64,000 nt of DNA, from positions 7,497-71,496 of the forward strand of contig DAORIS010000004.1 of the NCBI GenBank assembly GCA_035438625.1, in the 5' to 3' direction. The notes beneath the pieces are model-generated. The model searched no databases. It saw nothing but the letters and a program-made list of their open reading frames with translations, and had not been told where the DNA came from. Made by a program: the position numbers and the translations under genes. Shown here one piece after another: positions 28,802 through 38,692 of the stretch; position 1 is the first letter of the stretch; the number at the start of each line of letters is the position of its first letter. This DNA is from Minisyncoccota bacterium (lineage in GTDB: Bacteria > Patescibacteriota > Minisyncoccia > Phycocordibacterales > DAORIS01).

Positions 28802-30496
28802 TTACATCTCCTCAACAACAGGAATGGCCAAGACGGTGAGAACCTCTCTAAGAACCGTCGCCACAGCATACGTAATGGCAAGTCTGTATGGCGTATATGG
28901 ACTATCGTGATCAATGATCTTTGTCTCGGCGTAATACCCATTAAATGTTCCTGCAAGCTTCAGTGCATAGGCAACAAGCAAGTTAGGTGAGCCTGTTTCG
29001 TGGGCACGCTTTAATACGTGCGGAAGTTCTGGAAGAAGCATCTCAGGAGACTCAGGACTGTCAGGTGGAAGAATTGCTTTAGGCTTCATTGATTCATTTG
29101 CTGCCTTTCGCAAGATCGATTGGGCGCGCACGTATGCATATTGTAGATATGGGCCAGAATCACCCTCAATTGAAATAGCGTTTTCAGGATCAAAGATAAT
29201 GTCTCCACCAACAGCTTGTCTTAGAATTGAGTACTTGATTGATCCGATCGCAATTTTTTCTGCAAGATCTTTTTTTGCATCTTCACCCATCTCTCTATCA
29301 GCCATTTTCTCAAGTACACGCTCTGCTACTGATTCAATGAGACCATCGCCTGATACAACATTTCCCTTTCTTGAACTCATTTTTCCTCCCTTAAAGCGCA
29401 TCATGCCGTGAGAGATATGGGTGATCTTTGATCGAGCTTCCATATCGATGTCTTCCATTGCAGCAAGCATCACCTTGAAATAGTCGTCTTGTTCGTTTGC
29501 GGTAATGATGACAGATGTATCCGATGGAACCTTCTTTGGCTTATCGACGAGGTTTAGGACAAGGTCTTTTGCTTCGTACGTTGGAAGTCCTCGTGAATTT
29601 AAAAATACTCGAGTGTGAAGTCCTTTCTTCTCACCTTTGTATACAACAGCACCATCACTGTCCTCAAATACCCCCTTTTCCTTCCATTCTTGAACAAGCT
29701 TTACGGCACGCTCTGCCATTTCACTTTCAAAGAAATATGCATCGAACTTTGTACCAAGCTTTGTATATATTTCTTCAAAATGTTCGAGACTTACTTTTCT
29801 TCCCCAGTCATAGAGACTAACAACATCAGGATTATTTTTTGCGTAAATAGAAACATTCAAGTCATCTATTTCTTTTTTAATAGATTCTTGTGCTTCATAT
29901 TGTTGTGACCCAATTGAGTACGCACGACCAAGATATTCAATGTCTGTTTCGCCTTCCTGCTTTTCATTCCTCATCATCGCCCAAATTGTCTTTGCAATGT
30001 GCGGACCAACATCACCTTGGTAACACGCACGTTTCACCTCCGCACCTTGTCTTTGTGCAATGCGAGATAGTGCTTCACCAACAGTATTAGACATCAAATG
30101 CCCGATATGAAACTCCTTAAATGGATTAGGATCAGTGTACTCGTAGAGCATCGTTTTTCCCTTCTGTTCTGTGTTACTTCCGTACTCTTTTGGAGTATTG
30201 AGTATCTCTTTTACCGTTGAAGCAAAGTATCCACGAGAAAGATAGATGTTTAAAAATCCAGGGCCGGCAGCCTCTACTTTCTCAATTTCCATGAGGGATT
30301 TTGAACGGATATAGACAGCAATTTCTTCGGCAATTACGAAGGGTTTTTGGCCAAGCGGCTTTGAGGCAACCATAGCAGCGTTTGCTGTTATGTGACCGCG
30401 CTCAGCAGAAGAACCGTGCTCCACGGCAAAATTTAAGCCTTCCAGGCCCTTTCCAGCGAGATATTCTTGTATGAGTGATTCTATCTTTCCTACCAT
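28802..30496 (-). CDS. argS: Arginine--tRNA ligase
   Basis: GPGFLN, DPNPFKEFHIGH, KMSSRKG, GDSGPYLQYAYVR. Confidence 0.97.
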   Translation of the reverse strand: MVGKIESLIQEYLAGKGLEGLNFAVEHGSSAERGHITANAAMVASKPLGQKPFVIAEEIAVYIRSKSLMEIEKVEAAGPGFLNIYLSRGYFASTVKEILNTPKEYGSNTEQKGKTMLYEYTDPNPFKEFHIGHLMSNTVGEALSRIAQRQGAEVKRACYQGDVGPHIAKTIWAMMRNEKQEGETDIEYLGRAYSIGSQQYEAQESIKKEIDDLNVSIYAKNNPDVVSLYDWGRKVSLEHFEEIYTKLGTKFDAYFFESEMAERAVKLVQEWKEKGVFEDSDGAVVYKGEKKGLHTRVFLNSRGLPTYEAKDLVLNLVDKPKKVPSDTSVIITANEQDDYFKVMLAAMEDIDMEARSKITHISHGMMRFKGGKMSSRKGNVVSGDGLIESVAERVLEKMADREMGEDAKKDLAEKIAIGSIKYSILRQAVGGDIIFDPENAISIEGDSGPYLQYAYVRAQSILRKAANESMKPKAILPPDSPESPEMLLPELPHVLKRAHETGSPNLLVAYALKLAGTFNGYYAETKIIDHDSPYTPYRLAITYAVATVLREVLTVLAIPVVEEM

Positions 30497-30555
30497 TGTG
30501 TGAGCTTACCGCATTTATCTATTGAAGTCATGACTGTATATAGTGTACGACCTAT

Positions 30556-31296
30556 TTACTTTTTCTTCAGTATCTTTGAAACAACCTTGAGTACCTCCGC
30601 GTGTATTGCTTCTCGAGAAAGAATCTCACCATTATTCTCACATTCAATCTTATGCCACGCGTTATTTTTCTTTACGATCGAGAGTGCGCTTTGCCGTGAT
30701 TTTTCTAGGTGATCAACGTTAGTCTCTGCCTGATCCTTACTTGTTCCAAGATACTTCTTTTTACTCTTAAGTGCCTCTGCAGCGTGTTTTTCGGCAAGTA
30801 ACTTTTGTCCGAGTGTAACTGAAAGATTGAGATACACAATGGCGTCAGGTCGAGGAATTTTAAAAACACCGTGTTCCATCATGTCGAGCCAGGAGAGAAA
30901 TTCTGTTCGCTTTTTTTCATCAAGGATTTTTCCACCTTGATGAATCTGATTTGCACTCACATACCTATCAGAAATGACAACATATCCATCTTCTAGCCAT
31001 TTTTCGATCTGAGCTTTTGTTTCCCATCGATCAGCAGCATAGAGAACTGAAGCTATGTGCGGATCAACTGCGATGAAATCTCCATATTTTCCTGCCAAAC
31101 ATTCACCAATTAGTTTTCCAAAAAAATTATCGTAATATCTTGGAAAGTCTATTTTCTTAATCTTATATCCTGACTTTTTTAACGCTGCATCAAGTAACGT
31201 ACATTGTGTCGCCTTTCCTGTTCCATCGGTTCCATCAAGAACAATAAAAGTTCCTTTTCTTTTGATCGCTTTTGTTTGTTTCTTATTTACCGGCAT
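30556..31296 (-). CDS. tmk: Thymidylate kinase
   Basis: FIVLDGTDGTGKATQ, FPRY, LYAADR, SDRY. Start uncertain (31296 or 31305). Confidence 0.9.
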   Translation of the reverse strand: MPVNKKQTKAIKRKGTFIVLDGTDGTGKATQCTLLDAALKKSGYKIKKIDFPRYYDNFFGKLIGECLAGKYGDFIAVDPHIASVLYAADRWETKAQIEKWLEDGYVVISDRYVSANQIHQGGKILDEKKRTEFLSWLDMMEHGVFKIPRPDAIVYLNLSVTLGQKLLAEKHAAEALKSKKKYLGTSKDQAETNVDHLEKSRQSALSIVKKNNAWHKIECENNGEILSREAIHAEVLKVVSKILKKK

Positions 31297-32479
31297 GTGA
31301 GGCAATATTTTTCTTCAAAATTGAGTCGATCTTTTGGGCAAGTTTGACCATGTCTTTCTCTTTCATTCCTGCAGTTGTGACAGCTGCTGTTCCAAGTCGA
31401 ATACCTGATGGGTCGCTTGGCTTTCGTTCATCAAATGGAATAGTGTTCTTGTTTACAATAATTCCAGCTTTCTCAAGTGCAGCGCTCGCATCTGAGCCAC
31501 CTATTCCTTGTCCTGAAATCCACGTGTCCACCAAAACCAAATGACTGTCTGTTCCTCGAGAAATGATACGCCATCCGCATTTTGCGAGTTCTTCTGCAAG
31601 CACACGCGCGTTTTTAACCACCTGCGCTGCATACTTCTTAAACTTTGGATTTGCAGCTTCTCTAAGAGCTACGGCAACTCCCGCAATCTGGTTCATGTGT
31701 GGACCACCCTGGAGACCTGGAAATACCGCACGATCAATTTTTTTAGACAACTCACGCTCATCAATTCGAGAGAAGATGATTCCACTTCGAGGTCCACGAA
31801 GTGTTTTATGAGTTGTGGTTGTAACTACATCAGCATATTTAAACGGTGATGGATATGCTCCACCAGCAACTAATCCTGCAACGTGCGACATATCAACCAT
31901 AAGTATTGATCCTGCCGCATCAGCAATGTCTCTAAATTTTTTAAAATCTATTACTCGTGGATAACATGTGTACCCAGCAACAATAAGTACCGGTTTTTCA
32001 GCTACAGCAATTCTTTTTAATTCTTCGTAATCTAATACTTCAGTATCTTTATTAACTCCATACGGAACTTGTTTCCAAAACTTCCCTGTCATTGATACAG
32101 AGTGTCCATGGGTTAGATGTCCACCGTGCGCAAGTTCCATTCCCATGATCTTTCCACCAATTGGAACGAGTGCAGAATACACTGCTAAGTTTGCGGGTGA
32201 ACCTGAAAGTGGCTGAACATTTACTCCCCATTTTTTTGGAGAAAGTCCAAATAGCAACAGTGCTCGCTCGCTACAGAGATCTTCTAGTTTATCCGTATTT
32301 GTCTGCCCTCCGTAATACCTTCGTCCTGAATACCCTTCTGCATACTTATTTACAAACTCTGAACCAAGCGCTTCAAGCACATCTTCTGAAACATCATTCT
32401 CTGAAGCAATCAAATTTATGACCGATTGCTGCCTTTTAACTTCATCCTTAATCAGTTTTGCTACTTGTGTGTCTTTCAT
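31283..32479 (-). CDS. glyA: Serine hydroxymethyltransferase
   Basis: LIASEN, NKYAEGY, HGGHLTHG, VTTTTHKTLRGPR. Confidence 0.98.
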   Translation of the reverse strand: MKDTQVAKLIKDEVKRQQSVINLIASENDVSEDVLEALGSEFVNKYAEGYSGRRYYGGQTNTDKLEDLCSERALLLFGLSPKKWGVNVQPLSGSPANLAVYSALVPIGGKIMGMELAHGGHLTHGHSVSMTGKFWKQVPYGVNKDTEVLDYEELKRIAVAEKPVLIVAGYTCYPRVIDFKKFRDIADAAGSILMVDMSHVAGLVAGGAYPSPFKYADVVTTTTHKTLRGPRSGIIFSRIDERELSKKIDRAVFPGLQGGPHMNQIAGVAVALREAANPKFKKYAAQVVKNARVLAEELAKCGWRIISRGTDSHLVLVDTWISGQGIGGSDASAALEKAGIIVNKNTIPFDERKPSDPSGIRLGTAAVTTAGMKEKDMVKLAQKIDSILKKNIASHAGK

Positions 32480-32568
32480 TGCAGCCGCAATTCTAGCATG
32501 TCTGAAACCTGTGTTCCTTGTACAAAAAACCGCACCATCTTCGTAAGACAGTGCGGTAGTAATCTAGT

Positions 32569-33336
32569 TTATGTAGCTCCCACCAATACTTCCTTCTCCT
32601 TCTGTTTTTCAACGCTAGCGAATTCCAGTTCGTCCCCATCGATTACGGTGATACTCACACCTGCCGGGACAACGCAATTAAACCGTATTCGGTCCTTCTC
32701 GGTGACCGTAAGATCCTTGCCTCCAATCTTGACAGTGTTAATCAATCCAATGTTTCCCTTCGATATGAATTGACCGTCGTAGAGAACGTAGGCAGCAATT
32801 TCTGGACTGCCATTAGGAACAAAGTTCCAATTAACCACCCAGATGTTTTGCAACACCTCTTGAGGTATTGAGTGTCCAAACGTCGGCAGAAGACGTGCGA
32901 ACAAAACACGTGCATCTGTGAACATATCGTTCAACCAATCGTACCCGTTTGTCTTTTCGTGCGGAACCATAAGACATGCAGCAGCATGTGGATGCGCACT
33001 TGACCCAACCGACACCTCAGGAACTGCTGCTTGTTCATCGTACAAGAACGAACGAGAATCGCGTGTAATACGATCAGTGACCGTACACACCACTCGATTC
33101 TCGTGGTGCTCAACAAGAACTTCAAACATCTGAGAAAACTTCAGTAACTGTTCCGGCGACAATTCACAGTACGCATCAGCACAGTCACCTCCTTCAGTTA
33201 CGAGCGCCAATCCGTCAGTGTACCTGATGATGTCATCGGGTACATTCAGTTGCTGCACAAGTACCGGCGGCAAACCTCTGACAAAGCGCGCACAAGCAGA
33301 AACGATCTTCCTAGGCCAGAGTACATACCTTGACAT
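32569..33336 (-). CDS. Hypothetical protein
   Basis: 255-aa ORF with a strong GGAGGA ribosome-binding site and a downstream hairpin (32523-32558). No recognisable domain. Confidence 0.65.
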   Translation of the reverse strand: MSRYVLWPRKIVSACARFVRGLPPVLVQQLNVPDDIIRYTDGLALVTEGGDCADAYCELSPEQLLKFSQMFEVLVEHHENRVVCTVTDRITRDSRSFLYDEQAAVPEVSVGSSAHPHAAACLMVPHEKTNGYDWLNDMFTDARVLFARLLPTFGHSIPQEVLQNIWVVNWNFVPNGSPEIAAYVLYDGQFISKGNIGLINTVKIGGKDLTVTEKDRIRFNCVVPAGVSITVIDGDELEFASVEKQKEKEVLVGAT

Positions 33337-33383
33337 GACTCCTCCATGGTTTGAGACGACAAGGTGCTTACCCCTTAACGCTA

Positions 33384-34679
33384 CTACCTTTCCTTAATGT
33401 CGTGAAGCCCCCTACGCACATCCCAATCATCTAAACTTAAATCAGGATGTAGTGTCACCTCTGGAAATCTTCTACTCATAAATCGATACATTTTATGTGC
33501 AACCGCCCGAAGTGTTGCATGCACCGTTTTTCCAGAGCGTAGTTCCATGACGTATGTCGCAGCAGGAAGACCGTATGTCATCTTTGCTGAAACTAGAAAT
33601 CCCATCGCGCAATAATATTGTTTTTCATCAGCATTTGCAGGAAGTGCGTTTATTGACTGTCGCTGTAATTTAATTAGAGCTTCAGCTTCCTCACGTACAT
33701 CCACAGGAAGCGCCTCTAGATACCATTTTTCAAATCCGAAACTTGTACCAAGTCGTGGCATGCGACAGACACCATTTCTGTGACGTTGGAGATCTCTGAA
33801 CGATCCAAAGTCGATTAGACACTCAAAAGAAAGTTCGCCAAGTTCAGTTAGTATGTGAGGGAGTACAGCTTTCGCAGGACGATTTTTTAATATTTTTTTA
33901 AATGGCTTAAGGTCAGCGTTTCTAATTGTCGTCATTGCAGCAAAACCACTTGGAACTCGTTTTCCAGTGTAGTACGTGAGAGTTTCTGCAACTGTTTTTC
34001 GGTATTCTTCCTGCTCTTCATATACCTTATGCGCAAAGCTATGACCATATTTAGCCCTCAACTGCTTCAATATTTCTTCTGCAACATCACGCACCTCTTT
34101 AAGTGGGTGATATACAAGCGAGGACAGTTTATCGTGTGCTTGGCGCAAATTTGTGTGCCATGAAAGCTGCGTAGTCACACCAGCTGGTAGAAATCCTCGC
34201 AAGATATCAAACGATCGCGCGACAACTGCCTTTTCATACACCACTTCGTTTTCATCTGGTTTTTTAGGAAACGTATCTCGCACGTGATCCTTTACTGCTT
34301 CCTGCGAAGAAATATAAAAGTTCATCCAACGCTCAAGGATAGCTTTTGATTCTGGAGTTTGTACTGGATCCTTGATTGGCTGAGCAGCCATATTGATATA
34401 CCTCGAGCTTGTTTCTTGTCCTGAGTATAGTGGCCAATCTTGAACTGCTTTTGCAACAAGCATCGAAACACCTTCAATAAAAATAGTAGTGGATCCACAG
34501 TCAGCAATACTTGCGTGACCATACCCGACATAGAATTTTTCCATGAAAGATCCTGAGCCTGTCTCACGAACTTTTTCCACGTGCTCAGTTACACTCTTTG
34601 CACTTCGTGAATAAAGGGCTTGCATCATGGCAGTATCTTCAGGTCCGAATTCGTCGTAGATGTGGATGCGGGGTGCCAT
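33384..34679 (-). CDS. thyX: FAD-dependent thymidylate synthase, tandem double-domain form
   Basis: YVGYGHASIAD, QETSSRY, RGFLP..TNLR in the first half; FRDLQRHR in the second half. Confidence 0.85.
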   Translation of the reverse strand: MAPRIHIYDEFGPEDTAMMQALYSRSAKSVTEHVEKVRETGSGSFMEKFYVGYGHASIADCGSTTIFIEGVSMLVAKAVQDWPLYSGQETSSRYINMAAQPIKDPVQTPESKAILERWMNFYISSQEAVKDHVRDTFPKKPDENEVVYEKAVVARSFDILRGFLPAGVTTQLSWHTNLRQAHDKLSSLVYHPLKEVRDVAEEILKQLRAKYGHSFAHKVYEEQEEYRKTVAETLTYYTGKRVPSGFAAMTTIRNADLKPFKKILKNRPAKAVLPHILTELGELSFECLIDFGSFRDLQRHRNGVCRMPRLGTSFGFEKWYLEALPVDVREEAEALIKLQRQSINALPANADEKQYYCAMGFLVSAKMTYGLPAATYVMELRSGKTVHATLRAVAHKMYRFMSRRFPEVTLHPDLSLDDWDVRRGLHDIKER

Positions 34680-34704
34680 GATGGAATATTAAATTTGTAA
34701 CTGG

Positions 34705-35796
34705 TTATTTAAAATATTTAGCCAATTTTGGACCACTCTGTTGCAAGTAATTGGACTGGATGGTGTCGTAAATTTCTTCGGCCTCATCAGTCAACCGTTC
34801 AAAACGGATCTTTCCGATTGGCTGTCCTTTACGAATCACCAAATCTTCAAACGGCCGCACCTCGAGTGTGAGCGGTCGTCCCTTGCCCTCTCCTTTTACT
34901 CCCCAACCCCATCCTGGATCGATAAAACCAGCGTAGTGCGATCGAAACTCACCACTGCGTTCATCCATAGGCACCATCTCACAAGCAAGGTTTGGAGGGA
35001 CGCGTACAAACTCGTGGGTTGAAAGGATATAGAACGATCCCTGTTTTAGGACAAGTGAATCTCCCTGCTTCTTGATTGGTTTAAAAAACTTACTCGATGC
35101 ATATTCTCCAATACGTGTAATGTCGAGTACCCCTTCTCCTGGACGGCCTTCGTATCCGATTGGGTCACTATCAAGGTCGAGTGTGAGGATTAGCGATCCA
35201 TCGTTATCCCAGATCTTCAGGTCTGATCTGTCGTACGGCTTTCCCTTTGGACTCCACAGTAACTTATCCCCCATGAGTGCAATTTCAACTTCTAAGTTTG
35301 AAAGACGAGTGTCGTGAGTAAAGAAACGTAGTTGGTTTAATGAAAGTCCTGGTGCAACTTTAATCGGAAAGGTTTTAGGAGTGATTGCCACCCAGAGTGA
35401 TCCTTTATATCCATGTGGGATTGAGTCATAGCGACACACACCATCTGCCATCAAGCGCACATGCACATCAACTCTTCCACTCGTTGATTTTGGGTTACAG
35501 AATGCATACACCAATTCAGGTAAGTTTAATTTTTCCTGTAACTTTGCAACATAATGCGATCCAACTTTTAGTGGCTCATTAATTGAGTGTCGTTTCTTTG
35601 AAACTTTTTCTAATACTTTCTCAACTGTCTCGCGTTTGTTGGGGAGGAATATTCCACTAACTTCGTAAATCTCATCAGTGAGTGAGACGTCTAAAGAGGA
35701 GGGTTTAATGTTTTGTTCAACAGCACCTTTGACTGCGCCTGCTTTGACCAATTCTCTGATTATCTGTATCGGTAGTGCTCCCTGCTTTACTGACAT
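34705..35796 (-). CDS. dcd: 2'-deoxycytidine 5'-triphosphate deaminase, long DCD type
   Basis: PSSLD, NPKSTSGRVDV, LNQLRF, GEFRSHYAGFIDPGWG, LEVRP, SNYLQQ..PKLAKYF. Confidence 0.9.
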   Translation of the reverse strand: MSVKQGALPIQIIRELVKAGAVKGAVEQNIKPSSLDVSLTDEIYEVSGIFLPNKRETVEKVLEKVSKKRHSINEPLKVGSHYVAKLQEKLNLPELVYAFCNPKSTSGRVDVHVRLMADGVCRYDSIPHGYKGSLWVAITPKTFPIKVAPGLSLNQLRFFTHDTRLSNLEVEIALMGDKLLWSPKGKPYDRSDLKIWDNDGSLILTLDLDSDPIGYEGRPGEGVLDITRIGEYASSKFFKPIKKQGDSLVLKQGSFYILSTHEFVRVPPNLACEMVPMDERSGEFRSHYAGFIDPGWGWGVKGEGKGRPLTLEVRPFEDLVIRKGQPIGKIRFERLTDEAEEIYDTIQSNYLQQSGPKLAKYFK

Positions 35797-35884
35797 TGTA
35801 GTTCGAGTATACCAAAATGAAAAAGAAAAAACTCTCCACTTGCCAAAGCTCGTAGAGAGTTTTCTAATTTGTTTTTTATGCTAC

Positions 35885-36106
35885 TTATGCCTGAGTCAAC
35901 CAAGACTGATACGCACGATGTGCGCTTGCTAGTATCCGTCGAAGTTTTTTCTCCGCCTTGGATTTTGACACAGGATCAGGAGCATTTTCACATGCGAGCT
36001 TTGCCTGTTCGCAGGCATTTTTCCATTCTGGACTTTCGTCCAAAAATTTCACGAATCCATCATCCATTGCACGAATCGCATGATCAACACGTTCTTGTGC
36101 ACACAT
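35885..36106 (-). CDS. Small hypothetical protein
   Basis: 73-aa ORF with an AGGAG RBS, an upstream TTGACT/TATAAT-like promoter and a downstream hairpin. Confidence 0.5.
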   Translation of the reverse strand: MCAQERVDHAIRAMDDGFVKFLDESPEWKNACEQAKLACENAPDPVSKSKAEKKLRRILASAHRAYQSWLTQA

Positions 36107-36175
36107 ACGATCAATCTCCTTTTCTGTACTATATTATACCAAATATAGCTTAAAAGTCAATAGACCCTTTGGTAA

Positions 36176-36206
36176 CAAAAAAGACCCTACGTGAGGGTCT
36201 TTTTTG
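36176..36206 (-). terminator. Intrinsic terminator after rplK
   Basis: ACAAAAAAGACCCT-ACGTG-AGGGTCTTTTTTGT. Confidence 0.85.
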
Positions 36207-36221
36207 TGAGTTTGAAATATC

Positions 36222-36644
36222 TTATTTAACCTCTACTCCCATTGAGCGGGCACTACCTTCAATGATTTTCATTGCAGCCTCTACGTCTTGTGCGTTTAGG
36301 TCTGGCATTTTCTTTTCAGCAATTGCACGTACTTGTGCCTTTGTGATAGTTCCTGCGCGAGATACCTTGTTCTTTCCAGAACCCTTCTCAACGCCGATTG
36401 CCTTAAGAATAAGAGATGATGCTGGTGGAGTCTTGAACTTCATTGAGAATGTTCGGTCTTCGTACACTGTAATTTCTACAGGGACGATGTCTCCTGCCAT
36501 TTCTCGTGTTCCATCATTGAATTGCTTTACGAATTCACCGATGTTTACACCAGCCTGTCCAAGCGCAGGTCCAATTGGGGGTGCAGGTGTTGCCTTCCCT
36601 CCTGGAATCTGCAGCTTAAGCTTCTTTGTAATTTTCTTTGCCAT
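36222..36644 (-). CDS. rplK: 50S ribosomal protein uL11
   Basis: [26 protein letters not shown]...[10 protein letters not shown]. Confidence 0.98.
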   Translation of the reverse strand: MAKKITKKLKLQIPGGKATPAPPIGPALGQAGVNIGEFVKQFNDGTREMAGDIVPVEITVYEDRTFSMKFKTPPASSLILKAIGVEKGSGKNKVSRAGTITKAQVRAIAEKKMPDLNAQDVEAAMKIIEGSARSMGVEVK

Positions 36645-36649
36645 ATATA

Positions 36650-36961
36650 TTATTTTTGTTCAGTTACTTGTGTCGTTTCTGTCTTTGTCACAGTCTGCGT
36701 AGAAGCATTCGCAGATGCAACAGTCTTTTTGTCCGCCGGTGCCTTCACTGCAAAATAGTAGATGATTGCACCAAGTGGGACAGAAAGGATGATTAGTAGT
36801 ATCCACGGAAGACGTGCAAAACCTTCAGAAGGTCGCTTAATTGCATCAACAAGCATCCATACCCAGAAGATGATAACGCCAACCCAAATACCAATGCATA
36901 GAAGTAGGAATAGTAGTCCTAGTAAATCCATTGGTAGTGATGTGTGATATCCGTAGTACAT
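36650..36961 (-). CDS. Small membrane protein, PLDc_N-like
   Basis: [12 protein letters not shown]...[16 protein letters not shown]. Confidence 0.75.
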   Translation of the reverse strand: MYYGYHTSLPMDLLGLLFLLLCIGIWVGVIIFWVWMLVDAIKRPSEGFARLPWILLIILSVPLGAIIYYFAVKAPADKKTVASANASTQTVTKTETTQVTEQK

Positions 36962-36975
36962 ATATGTGATATTAC

Positions 36976-37521
36976 TTATATTTTCTTAACTTGCAAGAAA
37001 TCAAGTTCTACAGGTGTCTCACGGCCGAACATGCTTACAAGTACCTTAACTTTACCTCTTTCTTGATCAATTGCACTAACCTTTCCTTCTAGATCTTTAA
37101 ATGGACCGTCGGCGATAAGGACATGGTCGTCAGTATCGAGGTCAATGTCGTGCTTAGGAGTATCGGCATTCATTCGTGAGAAGAGTGCATCGATTTCACT
37201 CTTATCAATAGAAACTGGGTACACACCTGAACCTACAAACCCTGTTACTCGTGGTGTATTTCGAACAACGTACCATGAATCATCAGTTACGATCATTTCT
37301 ACCAAGATATACCCAGGGTAAATCTTTTCTTCTTCCTCGATTCGTTTTCCGCTTTTTACCTTGATCTGCTTTTCAGTTGGAACCAAGATATTAAAGATCT
37401 TGTCCTGCATGTTCAACGACTCAACGCGCTGACGAAGATTTCGTGCAACGGCGTTTTCATATCCTGCGTACGTATGGATAACGTACCACTTTCTTCCTTC
37501 GGATAATTGCTGCTTAGACAT
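36976..37521 (-). CDS. nusG: Transcription termination/antitermination factor NusG
   Basis: WYVIHTYAGYE, YPGYILVEM, VRNTPRVTGFVG, MFGRETPVELDF. Confidence 0.98.
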   Translation of the reverse strand: MSKQQLSEGRKWYVIHTYAGYENAVARNLRQRVESLNMQDKIFNILVPTEKQIKVKSGKRIEEEEKIYPGYILVEMIVTDDSWYVVRNTPRVTGFVGSGVYPVSIDKSEIDALFSRMNADTPKHDIDLDTDDHVLIADGPFKDLEGKVSAIDQERGKVKVLVSMFGRETPVELDFLQVKKI

Positions 37522-37533
37522 GCTAATTAATTA

Positions 37534-37713
37534 TTATTCTACGATTCTCTTCACAAGCTCCGCAAATAGGTAGTCGAATGCACCAAGAATAATAGCCACA
37601 ACAACTGTGAACGCTATGATTGCAATAGTGTACGCAAGTGCTTGCCTTTTGTTAGGCCAAACAACATGCCTCATTTCGCCTCGCGTATCTCGGATATAGT
37701 CAAATATGCTCAT
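37534..37713 (-). CDS. secE: Preprotein translocase subunit SecE, 59 aa (below the ORF-track cutoff)
   Basis: Manual translation gives MSIFDYIRDTRGEMRHVVWPNKRQALAYTIAIIAFTVVVAIILGAFDYLFAELVKRIVE, directly upstream of nusG. Confidence 0.93.
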   Translation of the reverse strand: MSIFDYIRDTRGEMRHVVWPNKRQALAYTIAIIAFTVVVAIILGAFDYLFAELVKRIVE

Positions 37714-37790
37714 ATATTATTAAAAACCGCCCCGGAGGGCATTACTTTTATAATAATGCTTCCAGGGCGATTTGTCAATTTATACTGTTA

Positions 37791-38597
37791 TTAACGAATC
37801 TCGTACCATACAGTAACTCGGGACTCAAACTTGTTCTGTCCTTGTGGGAGTTCTGGTGTTGCTTCCTTTGTCTGATTTGCAACATCCATCATCGCTCCAC
37901 CTCGTCCATAGAAATATGACGGTGAACTATCTTCTGTGAAGTTAACAATGCGTCCAAGTCGAACACCTAGGTCATCAGCAAGAGCTTCTGCCTTCTCTCG
38001 TGCGTCAGCAATAGCTGCTTCACGAGCCTGGTCAAGAACTGCTTGCTCATCATCAATGGTGAACTGAATTCCACCTACAGTTGTTGCTCCTCCTGTTGTA
38101 ACAAGTGAAACAATCTCTCCTGCCTTAGTGTTGTCGTTTTCACGAACCTTCACTTCAACAGTAACTGAAGTTTCATATCCGCGGATAACTGGATTTGATG
38201 GTGGGCAATATGCTGATGTACATGCTCGGTATACCTGTTGGTCATACACAGGATATGTATTGTATCCAAGTGTCTTAATGTCTTTCTCTTCTATTCCAGC
38301 GTCTTTGATTTTCTGGATTAGGGGGTTCAAAACATCTGTAACCATTTTCTGTGAATCAGCTTGTACCTTTGCTTCCTTTCGGATATCAAATGTAAATACT
38401 GCAACATCAGGAACTGCTTCTATCTCTCCAAAACCCGAGACGGTAATGTGTGGGACTTGGTCGATTCCCATTCCACGACTGTCATCACCTCTAACTGCTG
38501 AAATAAGTATTGCTAGACCAACAGCAATACAGAGTGCCAAAAAGCCTGTTTTAAAGGCACCTGAGGCGAAAAAACTATTATTATTTGTTGTATCCAT
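37791..38597 (-). CDS. SIMPL/DUF541 domain protein
   Basis: ITVSGFGEIEAVPDVA...AREAAIADAREKAEALA..LGVRLG. Confidence 0.9.
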   Translation of the reverse strand: MDTTNNNSFFASGAFKTGFLALCIAVGLAILISAVRGDDSRGMGIDQVPHITVSGFGEIEAVPDVAVFTFDIRKEAKVQADSQKMVTDVLNPLIQKIKDAGIEEKDIKTLGYNTYPVYDQQVYRACTSAYCPPSNPVIRGYETSVTVEVKVRENDNTKAGEIVSLVTTGGATTVGGIQFTIDDEQAVLDQAREAAIADAREKAEALADDLGVRLGRIVNFTEDSSPSYFYGRGGAMMDVANQTKEATPELPQGQNKFESRVTVWYEIR

Positions 38598-38653
38598 GTA
38601 TATGATTATATCCTTTTAATACGTACGCGGCGATTCCGGTGCTGTATATAGAT

Positions 38654-38680
38654 ATGACGTACAGAAAGTACTTTCTTACA
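38654..38680 (-). promoter_or_regulatory. Putative ECF sigma promoter of the SIMPL gene
   Basis: TGTAAG-N15-CGTCAT. Confidence 0.5.
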
Positions 38681-38692
38681 ACACTTTACAGA

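Noticed and set aside
37714-37790. tRNA-Trp or rpmG expected upstream of secE
   Set aside because: No cloverleaf or L33-like ORF is visible, only a short hairpin and promoter-like sequence. I found no tRNA genes anywhere in the window.
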